From assembly GCA_902547315.1 (NCBI GenBank), contig CACCND010000002.1, forward strand, positions 9,609 through 73,608: a stretch of DNA of 64,000 nt, written 5' to 3'. Source of the DNA: an uncultured Pelagibacteraceae bacterium. GTDB lineage: Bacteria; Pseudomonadota; Alphaproteobacteria; Pelagibacterales; AG-422-B15. Of the stretch, positions 40,630 to 52,146 are shown piece after piece (position 1 is the first letter of the stretch; each line of letters begins with the position of its first letter). Both the position numbers and the translations under genes were made by a program. Under the pieces are notes generated by a model. That model worked only from the letters and a program-made list of their open reading frames with translations. It did not search any database and was not told where the DNA came from.

Positions 40630-41547
40630 GTGAGTAATCAAGTTAAAGAATGCTTTCATGATTGGATTGAGAATTTACAGAAAGTAAGAAACTTAAGTGA
40701 CAATACGCTTACAAGCTACAAAAATGACATTGAAAAATTTTTAATTTTTTCAAAGGATCATTTTGGGGGGAACTTATCAATACGTGATCTTGATAGTATG
40801 CAAATTTCTGACTTCAGAAGTTTTTTATCTTTTTTAAGAAATCGAGGCATTGGAAATACATCCATTGCACGAATGATATCATCATTAAAATCTTTTTTTA
40901 ATTTCTTAGTAAAGAATGAAAAAATAAAAAATAGTACGATACAATCTTTAAAATCTCCAAAAACAAAAAAGTCTTTGCCCAGACCAATTTCAGCTGATCT
41001 TGCAATTGAAGCTATTAAATACTCACAAGAAATTGAAAAAGAGAAATGGGTAGGATTACGAAATAAGTCAATCCTTATGCTTTTATATGGATGCGGATTA
41101 AGAATATCTGAGGCATTAAATTTAAATTATGAAGATATTAATGATAATGAATATTTGGTCATTAGAGGAAAAGGCAATAAAGAAAGACTCGTGCCTTTAA
41201 TGAAATTTATCAAGCACGAAATAAAAGAATATATAAAAGAGTGTCCAAAAGGTTTTGAAAACGGTGATCCACTTTTTTTAGGTAAAAGAATGAATCGTCT
41301 TAGTCCGAGAATTATTCAATATACTTTGGAAAAAATCAGACATAATTTGTCTTTACCTGAAACTGCAACCCCGCATGCGTTGAGACATAGTTTTGCTACA
41401 CATTTGCTGGATTCAGGTGGAGACCTGAGAACAATTCAGGAATTATTAGGACATAGCAGTCTTTCCACAACTCAAAGATATACCAAAGTTGAAACTGAGC
41501 GGCTATATGAAGCATATTCAAAAACCCATCCGCTTGCTAAGAAGTAA
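40630..41547 (+). CDS. xerC: Tyrosine site-specific recombinase XerC/XerD
   Basis: 305 aa with a GTG start. 'GLRISEAL', 'HALRHSFATHLL' and 'LLGHSSLSTTQRYT' give the R..HxxR..Y catalytic set. The C versus D assignment is uncertain. Confidence 0.8.
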   Translation: MSNQVKECFHDWIENLQKVRNLSDNTLTSYKNDIEKFLIFSKDHFGGNLSIRDLDSMQISDFRSFLSFLRNRGIGNTSIARMISSLKSFFNFLVKNEKIKNSTIQSLKSPKTKKSLPRPISADLAIEAIKYSQEIEKEKWVGLRNKSILMLLYGCGLRISEALNLNYEDINDNEYLVIRGKGNKERLVPLMKFIKHEIKEYIKECPKGFENGDPLFLGKRMNRLSPRIIQYTLEKIRHNLSLPETATPHALRHSFATHLLDSGGDLRTIQELLGHSSLSTTQRYTKVETERLYEAYSKTHPLAKK

Positions 41548-41568
41548 AAAAATTATATATTATTTAAT

Positions 41569-41964
41569 ATGCAAAACCCCATTTCAAAATGGCATGATGT
41601 TGTAAATCTACGTGATTATAATGCTCTCACTGAGATACTAGATGAACATGTAATATTTTATTCTCCAGTTGTGTATACACCTCAGCGAGGAAAAGATATT
41701 ACATTAAAATATTTAATGGCTGCATCAGAAGTATTTAATGCTTCGAATTTTAAATATCACAAAGAAATAATTGGAGAAACAAATGCCAGCCTTGAATTTA
41801 CTTTGACTATTGAAGATACTGATATTAATGGAATCGACCTTATTACATGGAATGAAGCTGGACTTATTACTGAATTTAAAGTATTTATCAGACCACTCCA
41901 GGGTGTTAATATAATACACAAGATGATGGGTAACATGTTAGAGAGTTTTAAAAATGTCAGTTGA
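41569..41964 (+). CDS. NTF2/SnoaL-like fold small protein
   Basis: 131 aa. The size and pattern ('W...V...D...L..IL.E.V.FYSP') fit SnoaL-like/DUF4440-type cone folds. This is a motif-level call only. Confidence 0.5.
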   Translation: MQNPISKWHDVVNLRDYNALTEILDEHVIFYSPVVYTPQRGKDITLKYLMAASEVFNASNFKYHKEIIGETNASLEFTLTIEDTDINGIDLITWNEAGLITEFKVFIRPLQGVNIIHKMMGNMLESFKNVS

Positions 41965-42874
41965 TTTTTTGTTCCAATATTCCGCACTAGAGCTTTTTTG
42001 GTTATTGGTACCAATTTTAATTGGAATAGCAGTTGTAGAAACATTAGCTATATATTTCTTTAAATTGAAAGGTAAAAATGATTTTAAAGAATGGATATTA
42101 AATATGTCCATGGGAGTTTTAAGTTACCCTGTTAATGGAATATTTGCGTTTATAACACTAGGAGCTCTATTTTGGGCTAAGGAATTTCAGATTTATACAT
42201 TCCCATTTACTTTAAGCGCTTTAGTTTTATGCTTCATACTTGATGATTTAACTTTTTATTTACATCACAGAATTTGTCATCGATGGCGATGGGGCTGGGG
42301 GCTGCATCGAACTCACCACTCTTCAGAAAGAATGGGCATCGATGTGGGTGCAAGACAACCATTTACAAAACACTTCACTGGAACACGAATGCTCAAAATA
42401 CCACTTGTAATCATTGGCTTTGATCCAGTAATGGTTTTATTCTGTGTGTTTATAAACGGTTACTACCAATATTTATGCCACACTCAAACTATATATAAGT
42501 TACCACGCTGGTATGAGTATTTATTTAACACACCTTCACACCATAGAGTTCATCATGCAAGAAATCCGAAATACCTTGATGCAAATTATGCTGGAACACT
42601 AATGGTTTGGGATAGAATGTTTGGAACATTTGTTGCTGAAGATCCAAAAGAACCTTGTGACTATGGATTGGTGGTTCCGATGACATCTTTGAATCCTCTT
42701 AGGATATTATTTGAAGAATATGCAAATATATTTAAAGACATTTCAATGCGCGGTATTTCGCTTAAAGATAGATTTATGTATCTTTTCGGCCCTCCTGGAT
42801 GGTCGCATGACGGAACCCGAAAAACTTCAACTCAAATTAAAGAAGACTATAACAGGGCCATTAAAAGTCATTAA
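41954..42874 (+). CDS. Fatty acid hydroxylase / sterol desaturase superfamily membrane di-iron enzyme
   Basis: The histidine boxes 'HHRICH', 'HRTHHSSE' and 'HHRVHH' occur together with multiple TM helices. It overlaps the snoaL-like gene by 11 nt. Confidence 0.75.
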   Translation: MSVDFLFQYSALELFWLLVPILIGIAVVETLAIYFFKLKGKNDFKEWILNMSMGVLSYPVNGIFAFITLGALFWAKEFQIYTFPFTLSALVLCFILDDLTFYLHHRICHRWRWGWGLHRTHHSSERMGIDVGARQPFTKHFTGTRMLKIPLVIIGFDPVMVLFCVFINGYYQYLCHTQTIYKLPRWYEYLFNTPSHHRVHHARNPKYLDANYAGTLMVWDRMFGTFVAEDPKEPCDYGLVVPMTSLNPLRILFEEYANIFKDISMRGISLKDRFMYLFGPPGWSHDGTRKTSTQIKEDYNRAIKSH

Positions 42875-43464
42875 TGACACCTCCAGCTCATTTTGCTCTT
42901 TCCGAAATACTGATTGTAATAGCTGGTGCATACTCAATAAGAGTCTTTTTGCAACATAAGCTAAACTTTGCTGCTGCTGGAGTTTTAGTACTGGCAATCG
43001 CAGCTTTTTTAGCAACCCTTAGGTTTGGCTTGAACATGCATACCGAGCTGAAGTCTTCACATCAATTGTTCACAGCTCTATCACTCCTATTCGGAGTACC
43101 CCTCATCACGATAGACGTCATTAAAAAAAGTCAGTTCATTAATGAAAAGATAATTTCAATTTTTGCACTGATAATGGCATTGATAAGTATATATATTTTC
43201 TTTCAAGCAAAGAGTTTAATCATTATGTATGCTGTTATGTGGCTTGTTCTTGGAATAATTTTTTCTTTTTTGATACCAAGAGAAAAAATTTCTTCTCGTT
43301 TCGTATCAAGCTTCATTTTTTCAATAATACTGGTTAATTTTATTATTAGACAGGTTCAGCTGTTTGAACCAAATCTCAGCTGGCATTTTTATCATGTAGT
43401 TGTAGCAGTCTGGCTGTACTTGATGACTTTATTAATAACAAAAAAGGAAGCTAAATATGAATAG
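42874..43464 (+). CDS. Polytopic membrane protein, unknown function
   Basis: 196 aa with about 6 hydrophobic segments. The start overlaps the hydroxylase stop (TAATG). I recognised no motif. Confidence 0.5.
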   Translation: MTPPAHFALSEILIVIAGAYSIRVFLQHKLNFAAAGVLVLAIAAFLATLRFGLNMHTELKSSHQLFTALSLLFGVPLITIDVIKKSQFINEKIISIFALIMALISIYIFFQAKSLIIMYAVMWLVLGIIFSFLIPREKISSRFVSSFIFSIILVNFIIRQVQLFEPNLSWHFYHVVVAVWLYLMTLLITKKEAKYE

Positions 43465-44842
43465 CTTGATTATCCACGTTTAACGCAGCTTCTTTTATTG
43501 ATTCTGTTAGAGTTGGATGTGCGTGACACGTTCTTGCGATATCTTCAGCTGATGCTCCAAATTCCATTGCAATTGTGAGTTCGCCAATAAGGTTGCCAGC
43601 GTCTGCTCCAATGATATGAACACCTAATACTTCATCTGTATTTTTATCAGATAAAATCTTCACAAACCCGCTTGTTTCATTCATCACTTTAGCTTTACCA
43701 TTTGCTGAAAACGGAAATTTACCTATTTTGTATGTGATGTTGTTTTTCTTTAATTCTTCCTCTGTTTTTCCAACTGATGCAACTTCAGGGGCAGTATAAA
43801 TAACCGATGGAATTGTATTATAGTTAACGTGTCCAGCCTGACCGTCAATAATCTCAGCTACAGCAGTACCTTCTTCAGAAGCTTTATGGGCAAGCATTGG
43901 CCCTACTTTACAATCACCGATTGCATAAATATTTTCAATCGAGGTATTAAAATGCTGATTAGTTTCAATAAAGCCTTTATCATTCGTTTTTACTCCTATC
44001 TTCTCTAAGTTCAGACCAAAAGTGTAAGGTTTTCGACCAGTCGATATTAAAACTTTGTCACAATCCATATCAAGAGTTTGACCGTTGTTTTCAACCGAAA
44101 CAGAGAGCGAGCCGTCGCTTTTATTTACCTTTCTTAGAGCAGTGGAAAGCTTAAAATCAAATCCTTGTTTAATGAGTATTTTTTGAAAAGCATCAGAAAT
44201 TTCTTGGTCCATTCCAGGTAGTATTCGGTCAGCATATTCAATAACCGTTATCTTTGACCCTAGTCTTGACCAAACAGATCCCATTTCTAGGCCAATGTAA
44301 CCTGCACCAATAACCATTAAGTGCTTTGGAACAGACGATAAACTTAAAGCTCCAGTGGATGATAAGATATCAATTTCATCAATGATCACTCCCTCAGGTG
44401 AAACAACTTCTGAACCTGTAGCAATAATTGTTTTAGATGATTTAATAACCTCAGAACTATCGCCAGTTAAAATCTCAATTTGCTCATTGTCATTGAACTT
44501 CGCAAATCCCAATTTTCTTGTAATTTTATTTTTTTTAAAAAGAAAATCGATGCCACTTGTAAGTGACTCGACGCTTTCATTTTTAGATTTCATTATTTTA
44601 TTTAGATCAAACGATACGTTATCAAAATTAATGCCTAATTGACTAAGTTCTGAAGCTTGATGAAATAAATGAGAAGAATGCAATAGAGATTTTGAGGGAA
44701 TACATCCAATATTTAAGCAGGTACCGCCAAGAGTTTGTCCCTTTTCGATACAACAAACTTTGTATCCAAGTTGTGATGCCCTAATTGCACAAACGTAACC
44801 AGCAGGCCCGCTACCAATCACTGTGATATCAAATTGTTCCAA
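43451..44842 (-). CDS. lpdA: Dihydrolipoyl dehydrogenase (E3)
   Basis: It has 'GSGPAGY', the redox-active 'GGTCLNIGCIPSK' and the C-terminal 'HAHPTLTE'. Confidence 0.9.
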   Translation of the reverse strand: MEQFDITVIGSGPAGYVCAIRASQLGYKVCCIEKGQTLGGTCLNIGCIPSKSLLHSSHLFHQASELSQLGINFDNVSFDLNKIMKSKNESVESLTSGIDFLFKKNKITRKLGFAKFNDNEQIEILTGDSSEVIKSSKTIIATGSEVVSPEGVIIDEIDILSSTGALSLSSVPKHLMVIGAGYIGLEMGSVWSRLGSKITVIEYADRILPGMDQEISDAFQKILIKQGFDFKLSTALRKVNKSDGSLSVSVENNGQTLDMDCDKVLISTGRKPYTFGLNLEKIGVKTNDKGFIETNQHFNTSIENIYAIGDCKVGPMLAHKASEEGTAVAEIIDGQAGHVNYNTIPSVIYTAPEVASVGKTEEELKKNNITYKIGKFPFSANGKAKVMNETSGFVKILSDKNTDEVLGVHIIGADAGNLIGELTIAMEFGASAEDIARTCHAHPTLTESIKEAALNVDNQAIHI

Positions 44843-44843
44843 A

Positions 44844-46082
44844 TTAAACTCCTAACAATAGTCTACTTGGATCCTCTAGACCCTCTTTAACTCTGACTAA
44901 AAAAGTTACGGCTCCTTTACCGTCTACTATTCTATGATCGTAAGAAAGGGCAAGATACATCATGGGTCTAATTTTTATTTCACCATCAATAGCTATCGGT
45001 CTTTCTTCTATTTTATGCATTCCCAATATTCCTGATTGAGGTGGATTTAATATTGGAGTTGACATTAAAGATCCATAAACACCACCATTGGATATTGTAA
45101 ATGTACCACCCTGCATATCTTCAATACTTAATTGGCCAGAACGAGCTTTCTGTCCCAGTTGATAGATTTCTTTTTCTACTTCAACAAGAGATTTTTTATC
45201 GGCGTCTTTAACAACGGGTACGACAAGGCCTTGATCAGTTCCAACAGCAACACCAATATTGTAAAAATTTTTATAAATGACGTCGTTGTTTTCAATTTCT
45301 GCGTTTACTTCAGGAATATCTCTCAGCGCAGTTATACATGCTTTCACGAAAAAAGACATGAAGCCTAATTTCACGCCATACTTTTTTTCAAATTCTGATT
45401 TATGATCATTACGTGTCTTGATAAGCTCACTCATATCAACCTCATTAAATGTTGTGAGCATAGCAGCATTATTCTGAGCATCCTTTAGACGTTTCGCTAT
45501 GGTTTGCCTTAAACGCGACATGGGCACTCGTTCTTCTCTTTTATCGGTTTGTCTAATTGTTTGAGGAATATTTTCTTGTTTTTCTATGTTTTGATAATTT
45601 ATAACGTCAGATTTAGTAATTCTACCATCCTCTCTTGAAGAGGTGACAGTATTAATATTTATATTCTTTTCAGCAGCAATTTTTCTTACAGCAGGAGATA
45701 ATTTTTGATTATTTAAATTATCAATTTGAATGGGCATCTCTTCTTTTGGTGGAGACTTTACTTCCTCAGGAATAATTTTTTCTGGAGTCGTGACTGATTT
45801 TTCATTTACTGGATCTGACTGTTTAACTTTTTGTTCTATAGAAGCATTTTCATCAATAGACCCTAAGATTGCACCAACTTCAACAGTTGAACCTTCTTCT
45901 GCGTTGATTTTTTGTATACAGCCATTTGATGGAGAAGGAACTTCAAGAGTTACTTTATCTGTTTCAAGCTCAAGCAATGGTTCATCGACGGATACAGAGT
46001 CACCTTCATTCTTATACCATTTTGCTACCGTTGCTTCTACAACGCTTTCTCCGAGAGAAGGAACTTTGATTTCAACAGACAT
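44844..46082 (-). CDS. sucB: 2-oxoglutarate dehydrogenase E2 (dihydrolipoyllysine succinyltransferase)
   Basis: It has the lipoyl domain 'ETDKVTLEV', the E3-binding 'LSPAVRKI' and the catalytic 'SYDHRIVDG'. Confidence 0.9.
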   Translation of the reverse strand: MSVEIKVPSLGESVVEATVAKWYKNEGDSVSVDEPLLELETDKVTLEVPSPSNGCIQKINAEEGSTVEVGAILGSIDENASIEQKVKQSDPVNEKSVTTPEKIIPEEVKSPPKEEMPIQIDNLNNQKLSPAVRKIAAEKNININTVTSSREDGRITKSDVINYQNIEKQENIPQTIRQTDKREERVPMSRLRQTIAKRLKDAQNNAAMLTTFNEVDMSELIKTRNDHKSEFEKKYGVKLGFMSFFVKACITALRDIPEVNAEIENNDVIYKNFYNIGVAVGTDQGLVVPVVKDADKKSLVEVEKEIYQLGQKARSGQLSIEDMQGGTFTISNGGVYGSLMSTPILNPPQSGILGMHKIEERPIAIDGEIKIRPMMYLALSYDHRIVDGKGAVTFLVRVKEGLEDPSRLLLGV

Positions 46083-46108
46083 ATTTAATATTTAACACTT
46101 TAAGATTA

Positions 46109-49069
46109 TTATTCAATCGGCAGTTTAAATTTAACTAATGTTACGCCATCCTTGTGTTTTTTAATTTCATTTATATCGTTCTCTACAGCTAGCTTTATAA
46201 TATTGGCTTGGTTTTCTGCATGACGATTAGCTATACCAGTAGCAGGAGATGCGGATGCCTTTCTACCAATAAATAGTAGTTCTTTATATTTTCCTGTTAT
46301 TCCCTGTAATACTGACTCAATACGATGTTTAACAAATCTGAATGCTCCCATATTTGATGGCTCTTCTTGAACCCAAATTATTTCAGCATTTGGAAACTGT
46401 AACACTTCTTCTTTTAAAACTTCATAAGGAAATGGATACAATTGATCAAATCTTAAAATGTGCACATTATCTTTTTTTAATTTTTCAAGATGGTCATCAA
46501 GCTCAAAATATATTTTTCCAGAACATAAAAGCAATCTATTTACTTTTGATTTTTGTTCTGAAGTCAGTTCTTTTCTTAAAATTCGATGAAAGGTTGATCC
46601 ATTTGTAAATTCTTCAATGCTAGATGTATTTTTTTTGTGCCTTAATGTAGATTTAGGTGTCATGATAACTAGTGGTTTCCTGAAATCTCTATGAAGCTGT
46701 CTTCTAAGAGCATGAAAATAATTTGCGGGTGAAGTACAATTAACAACTTGAATATTGTCCTCGGCACACATTTGTAAAAATCTCTCTAATCTTCCACTTG
46801 TATGTTCAGGCCCCTGACCTTCATGGCCGTGTGGCAAAAGTAGTGTCAGACCTGACATTCTTAACCATTTTCTCTCACCAGTGGTTATAAATTGGTCAAT
46901 TATTGTCTGAGCATTGTTCGCAAAGTCACCAAATTGACCCTCCCAAAGCACTAGAGTTCTTGGATCAACTTGTGAATAACCATATTCGAAACCCAAAACA
47001 CCATACTCAGATAAAAAACTATCAATGATTTCAAAAAATCCTTGTTTTTCTCTAAAATGTCTCAATGGTACAAATCTTTTCTCACTTACTTGATCATAAA
47101 GAACTGCATGTCTTTGACTAAAAGTGCCTCTGCCCGAGTCTTGACCTGAAAGCCTTACTCCATAACCTTCTGATAACAATGAAGCAAATGCAAGAGACTC
47201 AGCAGTTGCCCAGTCAATTCCATTACCTGTTTGTATACTTGATAATCTATCATCATAAATTTTTTTTATTCTTCTATGCGGGTTAAAGTTTTCTGGAATG
47301 GTATGTATTTCTTCCCCAATTTTTAAAAGCTCATTTTCAGTAATAGCTGTTTTACCTCTTCTTGCATCGATTGACGCTACCGTTATACCTTTCCATGAAC
47401 CTTCAAGCCAGTCAGCTTTATTTGGCTTATACGACTTTGCAAATTTTAACTCTTCGTTCAATTTACTGGCGTAAATTGATCTTTCATTTTCAACATCGTC
47501 ATTAGTTAAAACACCTTCTTCAATAAGTTTTTTTTCATAAATTTTAAGAGTAGACGGGTGAGATTTAATTTTTTGATACATTAGCGGCTGTGTAAATTCT
47601 GGTAAATCCATTTCATTATGGCCAGATCGACGATAACAAAACATATCTACTACAACGTCAGTTTTAAATTTATTTCTAAATTCAACTGCTAGTCTACATA
47701 CATGAACGACTGCTTCAACATCATCTCCATTAACATGAAATATCGGCGCCTGTATGATTTTTGCTATTTCGGTACAGTATGGAGCTGAACGACCATAATG
47801 AGGCATTGTGGTGAAACCTATTTGATTGTTAATAACAAAATGAATTGTACCTCCTGTGCGAAAACCCCTTAATTGTGACATCGCAAAAGTTTCTGCGACA
47901 ACACCTTGCCCAGCCATTGCAGCATCACCATGAATTAATAGTCCTATTACTCTGTCGTTTGTTTTATCTTGAAGCAATGTTTGCTCAGCTCTAACTTTTC
48001 CTATCACTACGGGATCCACTGCCTCCAAATGCGACGGGTTTGGCGTCAAAGAAAGATGAATTTTTTTATCATCAAACTCTCTATCACTTGAAATCCCTAA
48101 ATGGTACTTCACATCCCCGGATCCTAAAACTTCATTGGGATCCTCACCTCCACCCTCAAATTTTGCCATAATTGATCGCAGGGGAACTTCCATAACAGAT
48201 GAAAGAAGTGTTAATCTGCCACGGTGTGCGGTTCCTATATATATGTCCTCGACTCCGGCTAAGCAGCTTTGTTTAATTATTTGTTCAATGCCTGGGACAG
48301 TCGACTCACTGCCAACGAGCCCGAACCTTTTGGTGCCTATAAATTTTTTATCAAGGAATTGCTCAAACATTTCAGCTTCAAGTAAACGTTTGAATATTGC
48401 TTTCTTACCATTTGAGGTAAACTGTGTTTTATTTCTAACATCCTCTATTCTTTCTTGAACCCATTGCTTTTGATCAGCATCTTGAATATGAACAAATTCA
48501 ACACCTATAGATCCGCAATAAGTTTCTTTAAGTATTTCAATAATATTTCTGAGTTTAGCAAAGTTTAGTCCAAGACTTCCGTCAATAAAAATTTCTTTAT
48601 CAAGGTCATTTTCTTTGAAACCATAATTTCTATAATCAAGTTCAGAATATGTTCTAATTTCTTTTAAATTTAGTGGATCCAGATTTGATGCGAGATGACC
48701 ATTAACTCTATAAGCTCTGATAAGTCTTATTGCCCTTATTGAGTCAAAAACCTGTTCTTTAAATACTTCACTCGTAACAATGTTATCTTTATTTAATGTT
48801 TGGGACTCTATTTTGGTTTCACTCTCATTAATATTTTCTAAAATATCTTGTTCATTATTAGTTTCAACATTTTGAGATGCCCAACTAGCACGAAGAATGT
48901 TTTGTTGATTTAAGTTATCTGTAATGCCAGAAAAAAAAGTTCTCCAATCGTCTGGAATGTCAGTGGGATTATTTTGAAATCTTTCGAACATTTGTTCGAT
49001 ATAAACTGCGTTTGCACCATGCAGAAAAGATGTTTTATCAAAAATGTCGTTTATGGATGACTTTGTCAT
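46109..49069 (-). CDS. sucA: 2-oxoglutarate dehydrogenase E1
   Basis: 986 aa. 'GANAVYIEQMFERF', 'RAYRVNGH' and the ThDP region 'HGDAAMAGQGVV' are present. Confidence 0.95.
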   Translation of the reverse strand: MTKSSINDIFDKTSFLHGANAVYIEQMFERFQNNPTDIPDDWRTFFSGITDNLNQQNILRASWASQNVETNNEQDILENINESETKIESQTLNKDNIVTSEVFKEQVFDSIRAIRLIRAYRVNGHLASNLDPLNLKEIRTYSELDYRNYGFKENDLDKEIFIDGSLGLNFAKLRNIIEILKETYCGSIGVEFVHIQDADQKQWVQERIEDVRNKTQFTSNGKKAIFKRLLEAEMFEQFLDKKFIGTKRFGLVGSESTVPGIEQIIKQSCLAGVEDIYIGTAHRGRLTLLSSVMEVPLRSIMAKFEGGGEDPNEVLGSGDVKYHLGISSDREFDDKKIHLSLTPNPSHLEAVDPVVIGKVRAEQTLLQDKTNDRVIGLLIHGDAAMAGQGVVAETFAMSQLRGFRTGGTIHFVINNQIGFTTMPHYGRSAPYCTEIAKIIQAPIFHVNGDDVEAVVHVCRLAVEFRNKFKTDVVVDMFCYRRSGHNEMDLPEFTQPLMYQKIKSHPSTLKIYEKKLIEEGVLTNDDVENERSIYASKLNEELKFAKSYKPNKADWLEGSWKGITVASIDARRGKTAITENELLKIGEEIHTIPENFNPHRRIKKIYDDRLSSIQTGNGIDWATAESLAFASLLSEGYGVRLSGQDSGRGTFSQRHAVLYDQVSEKRFVPLRHFREKQGFFEIIDSFLSEYGVLGFEYGYSQVDPRTLVLWEGQFGDFANNAQTIIDQFITTGERKWLRMSGLTLLLPHGHEGQGPEHTSGRLERFLQMCAEDNIQVVNCTSPANYFHALRRQLHRDFRKPLVIMTPKSTLRHKKNTSSIEEFTNGSTFHRILRKELTSEQKSKVNRLLLCSGKIYFELDDHLEKLKKDNVHILRFDQLYPFPYEVLKEEVLQFPNAEIIWVQEEPSNMGAFRFVKHRIESVLQGITGKYKELLFIGRKASASPATGIANRHAENQANIIKLAVENDINEIKKHKDGVTLVKFKLPIE

Positions 49070-49083
49070 TAATCAGCTTAATT

Positions 49084-49965
49084 TTAGTTTTGATTCTTTA
49101 ATACCTCAAGTAAAGTTGATCCTAAAGCTGCTGGAGAATTTGAAATTTGAATCCCAGCACTCTTCATGGCTTCAATTTTATCTTCTGCTCCACCTTTCCC
49201 TCCAGATACAATTGCTCCAGCGTGTCCCATTCTTCTTCCTGGAGGGGCTGACGTTCCTGCAATAAATCCAACGGTTGGCTTTTTTACCTTTTCTTTACTC
49301 AAAAATTCAGCTGCTTCTTCCTCAGCTGAACCACCAATTTCACCAATCATGATTATTGACTCAGTTTCTGGATCGGATAGGAAAAGTTCCAAACAATCAA
49401 TAAAGTTGGTTCCATTGACTGGATCGCCCCCTATTCCAATACAGGTGGATTGTCCAAGACCTTCCACAGTTGTTTGATAAACTGCCTCATAAGTTAGTGT
49501 TCCAGACCTAGATACAATTCCAACATTCCCCTTTTGATGAATATGTGCTGGCATTATACCAATCTTGCACTCATCAGGAGTTATGATTCCCGGACAATTG
49601 GGGCCAATGAGACGTGATTTGGAAGATCTTAATTTATCTTTGACCTCCAGCATGTCCATAACAGGAATTCCCTCTGTTATACAAACTATTAGATCCATCT
49701 CACTATCTATTGCCTCTAAAATTGCTTTTGCGGCAAATGGGGGCGGAACATAAATTACCGTGGCATTTGCATCCGTTTTATCTTTAGCTTCTTTTACTGT
49801 ATCAAATACTGGTAACCCTAAGTGCTCAGTTCCTCCTTTTTTTGGAGTAACTCCACCAACCATGTTAGTGCCATATTTAATTGCCTGTTCTGAATGAAAG
49901 GTACCTTGTGATCCGGTGAAACCCTGACAAATAACTTTTGTATCTTTGTTAACTATTACTGACAT
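49084..49965 (-). CDS. sucD: Succinyl-CoA synthetase alpha subunit
   Basis: '[12 protein letters not shown]', 'SRSGTLTYE' and the phosphohistidine loop 'GHAGAI' are present. Confidence 0.95.
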   Translation of the reverse strand: MSVIVNKDTKVICQGFTGSQGTFHSEQAIKYGTNMVGGVTPKKGGTEHLGLPVFDTVKEAKDKTDANATVIYVPPPFAAKAILEAIDSEMDLIVCITEGIPVMDMLEVKDKLRSSKSRLIGPNCPGIITPDECKIGIMPAHIHQKGNVGIVSRSGTLTYEAVYQTTVEGLGQSTCIGIGGDPVNGTNFIDCLELFLSDPETESIIMIGEIGGSAEEEAAEFLSKEKVKKPTVGFIAGTSAPPGRRMGHAGAIVSGGKGGAEDKIEAMKSAGIQISNSPAALGSTLLEVLKNQN

Positions 49966-51122
49966 TAAACTAGCTTGACTATTTTTTTTGCTGCATCATC
50001 TAAATCATTGGCAGAAATAATTTCGATACTTGAATTATCAAGAATTTTTTTACCTTCATCAACATTTGTGCCTTCGAGTCTAACTACAAGCGGTACAGAG
50101 ATTTCTAATTCCTTTGCAGCAGCAACAATTCCTTCGGCAATGATGTCACATCTCATGATTCCACCAAAGATATTAACTAAAATGCCTTTTACACCTTTAT
50201 CAGAAAGAATAATTTTAAATGCACTCGAAACCTTTTCTTTAGAAGCTCCACCGCCAACATCAAGAAAGTTGGCGGGCTCACCACCATACATTTTAATTAT
50301 ATCTAAGCTAGCCATTGCCAAGCCTGCGCCATTGACCATACAGCCTATATTCCCATCCAATTTTATATATGCGAGATCATATTTTGATGCCTCTCTTTCA
50401 TATTCATCCTCTTCATTCTCATCCCTTAAGTCCTCAATTTCTGGATGGCGGTATAATGCATTATCATCAAAATTAACTTTAGCATCGAGACACAATAGTT
50501 TGTCAGTCTCAGTTATAATCAAAGGATTAACTTCAACAAGACTAGCATCTTTTTCTAGAAAAAATTTATACATATTTTTTATAAGATCAGAAAGTTGGCC
50601 CTCAAGATCTTTTTTGAGTTCAAAAGCTTTACTAATTGTATTTATATCATTTTCAGTAACACCTATTGAAGGCTCTATTTGAACTGTTGTTATATTTTCT
50701 GGGGTATCTTTTGCAACTGCTTCAATGTCCATACCTCCCATCTTAGATACAATAAAGGCAACTTTGCTTGTCGCTCTGTCTAATAAACAAGAAAGGTATA
50801 ATTCTTTTTTAATATCCGACCCATTTTCAATGTAGATACGTTTTACTTCTTTTCCTGCTGGGCCTGTTTGAGGCGTTATTAAATTCATACCAAACATTTT
50901 TTCAGCCTCATGTACAGCTTCTTCTTTTGAAGAAACTACTTTAACGCCTCCACCTTTACCTCTGCCACCCGCATGAATTTGCGCTTTAACAACCCAAATT
51001 GGACCCTTAACTTTTCCTACTGCTTCATTTATCTGACTTTTTTCATATGCAACGCTTCCTGTGGACACAGGTATATCATAACCGTCAAATAATTCCTTTG
51101 CTTGATGTTCGTGTATATTCAT
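49965..51122 (-). CDS. sucC: Succinyl-CoA synthetase beta subunit
   Basis: '[12 protein letters not shown]' and '[15 protein letters not shown]' are present. It overlaps sucD by 1 nt. Confidence 0.95.
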   Translation of the reverse strand: MNIHEHQAKELFDGYDIPVSTGSVAYEKSQINEAVGKVKGPIWVVKAQIHAGGRGKGGGVKVVSSKEEAVHEAEKMFGMNLITPQTGPAGKEVKRIYIENGSDIKKELYLSCLLDRATSKVAFIVSKMGGMDIEAVAKDTPENITTVQIEPSIGVTENDINTISKAFELKKDLEGQLSDLIKNMYKFFLEKDASLVEVNPLIITETDKLLCLDAKVNFDDNALYRHPEIEDLRDENEEDEYEREASKYDLAYIKLDGNIGCMVNGAGLAMASLDIIKMYGGEPANFLDVGGGASKEKVSSAFKIILSDKGVKGILVNIFGGIMRCDIIAEGIVAAAKELEISVPLVVRLEGTNVDEGKKILDNSSIEIISANDLDDAAKKIVKLV

Positions 51123-52085
51123 TTATTTAAGTGAAGGATCAATATTTTTTGCAGCCTCAAATAGCTCACTGACTGCTTCGATTGAAGTTTTAAAATATTT
51201 TTTTTCTTCTTCGTCTAAATCAAGTTCAACAACTTTTTCAATTCCAGCTGAGCCAATAACAACAGGAACTCCAACATATAAATCTGAAACACCGTATTCA
51301 CCATTTAAATATGCTGCGCATGGTAACGTTTTTTTCTTATCATTTAGATATGAATCGGCCATTTCAATTCCTGAGGCTGCTGGCCCATAAAAAGCGGATC
51401 CGGTTTCCAATAATTTTACAACTTCGGCTCCACCTTTTCTCGTCCTATCAATAATCTCGTCAAGCCTAGCCTTTGAAATTTTTCCTTTATTCACTAAATC
51501 AGTCAGGCTTTCACCGCTAACCATAGTTCTATTTGGGACTGGTACCATTGTATCACCATGGCCACCAAGAACAAATGAGTCTACTTCGCTAATTGGAACA
51601 TTCAATTCTTGTGATAAGAAATATTTAAAACGTGAAGTATCTAAAACTCCAGCCATACCAATAACTTTATTTTTTGGAAGTCCTGAATATTTTTGAAGAG
51701 CCATAACGATTACATCCAATGGATTTGTAATACAAATAACGAAGGCATTAGGAGAAGTTGATTTTATACCTTCAGCTACTTGCTTGATAATTTTTAAGTT
51801 TGTTCCCAAAAGGTCGTCTCTGGTCATTCCTGGTTTTCGAGGAACTCCGGCTGTTATAATTATAACATCAGAGTCACTTGTATCCTCATAATTATCAGTA
51901 CCAGACAAGGAAACATTAAAACCATCTATGGCTGAGGACTGCGCTATATCAAGAGCTTTACCTTTTGCCAGTCCAGACATCAGATCAAAAAGAACTACAT
52001 CTCCAAGCTCTTTCATGGCAGCTAAATGAGCAAGTGTACCTCCAATTTGTCCAGCTCCTATAAGTGATATTTTTTTATTTGTCAT
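51123..52085 (-). CDS. mdh: Malate dehydrogenase (LDH-like type)
   Basis: 320 aa with '[14 protein letters not shown]', '[13 protein letters not shown]' and 'GGHGDTMVP'. Confidence 0.95.
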   Translation of the reverse strand: MTNKKISLIGAGQIGGTLAHLAAMKELGDVVLFDLMSGLAKGKALDIAQSSAIDGFNVSLSGTDNYEDTSDSDVIIITAGVPRKPGMTRDDLLGTNLKIIKQVAEGIKSTSPNAFVICITNPLDVIVMALQKYSGLPKNKVIGMAGVLDTSRFKYFLSQELNVPISEVDSFVLGGHGDTMVPVPNRTMVSGESLTDLVNKGKISKARLDEIIDRTRKGGAEVVKLLETGSAFYGPAASGIEMADSYLNDKKKTLPCAAYLNGEYGVSDLYVGVPVVIGSAGIEKVVELDLDEEEKKYFKTSIEAVSELFEAAKNIDPSLK

Positions 52086-52146
52086 GATGAGTTTATAGCT
52101 CGGTAAACTAACTAGATAGCGATTAAAATCAAGATAAATTAAATAT

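Noticed and set aside
40630-43464. xerC followed by poorly characterised genes, which could be an integrase-bounded genomic island.
   Set aside because: The recombinase has the full XerC/XerD housekeeping signature. There is no adjacent tRNA, direct repeat, phage or transposase gene. Composition also looks the same as the flanks by eye.
49975-50682. A 235-aa plus-strand ORF, the longest ORF in the track without an obvious function.
   Set aside because: It lies entirely antisense to sucC, whose product has unmistakable succinyl-CoA synthetase motifs. Its Ser/Leu/Ile/Phe-rich, low-complexity translation is typical of a shadow ORF in AT-rich DNA.
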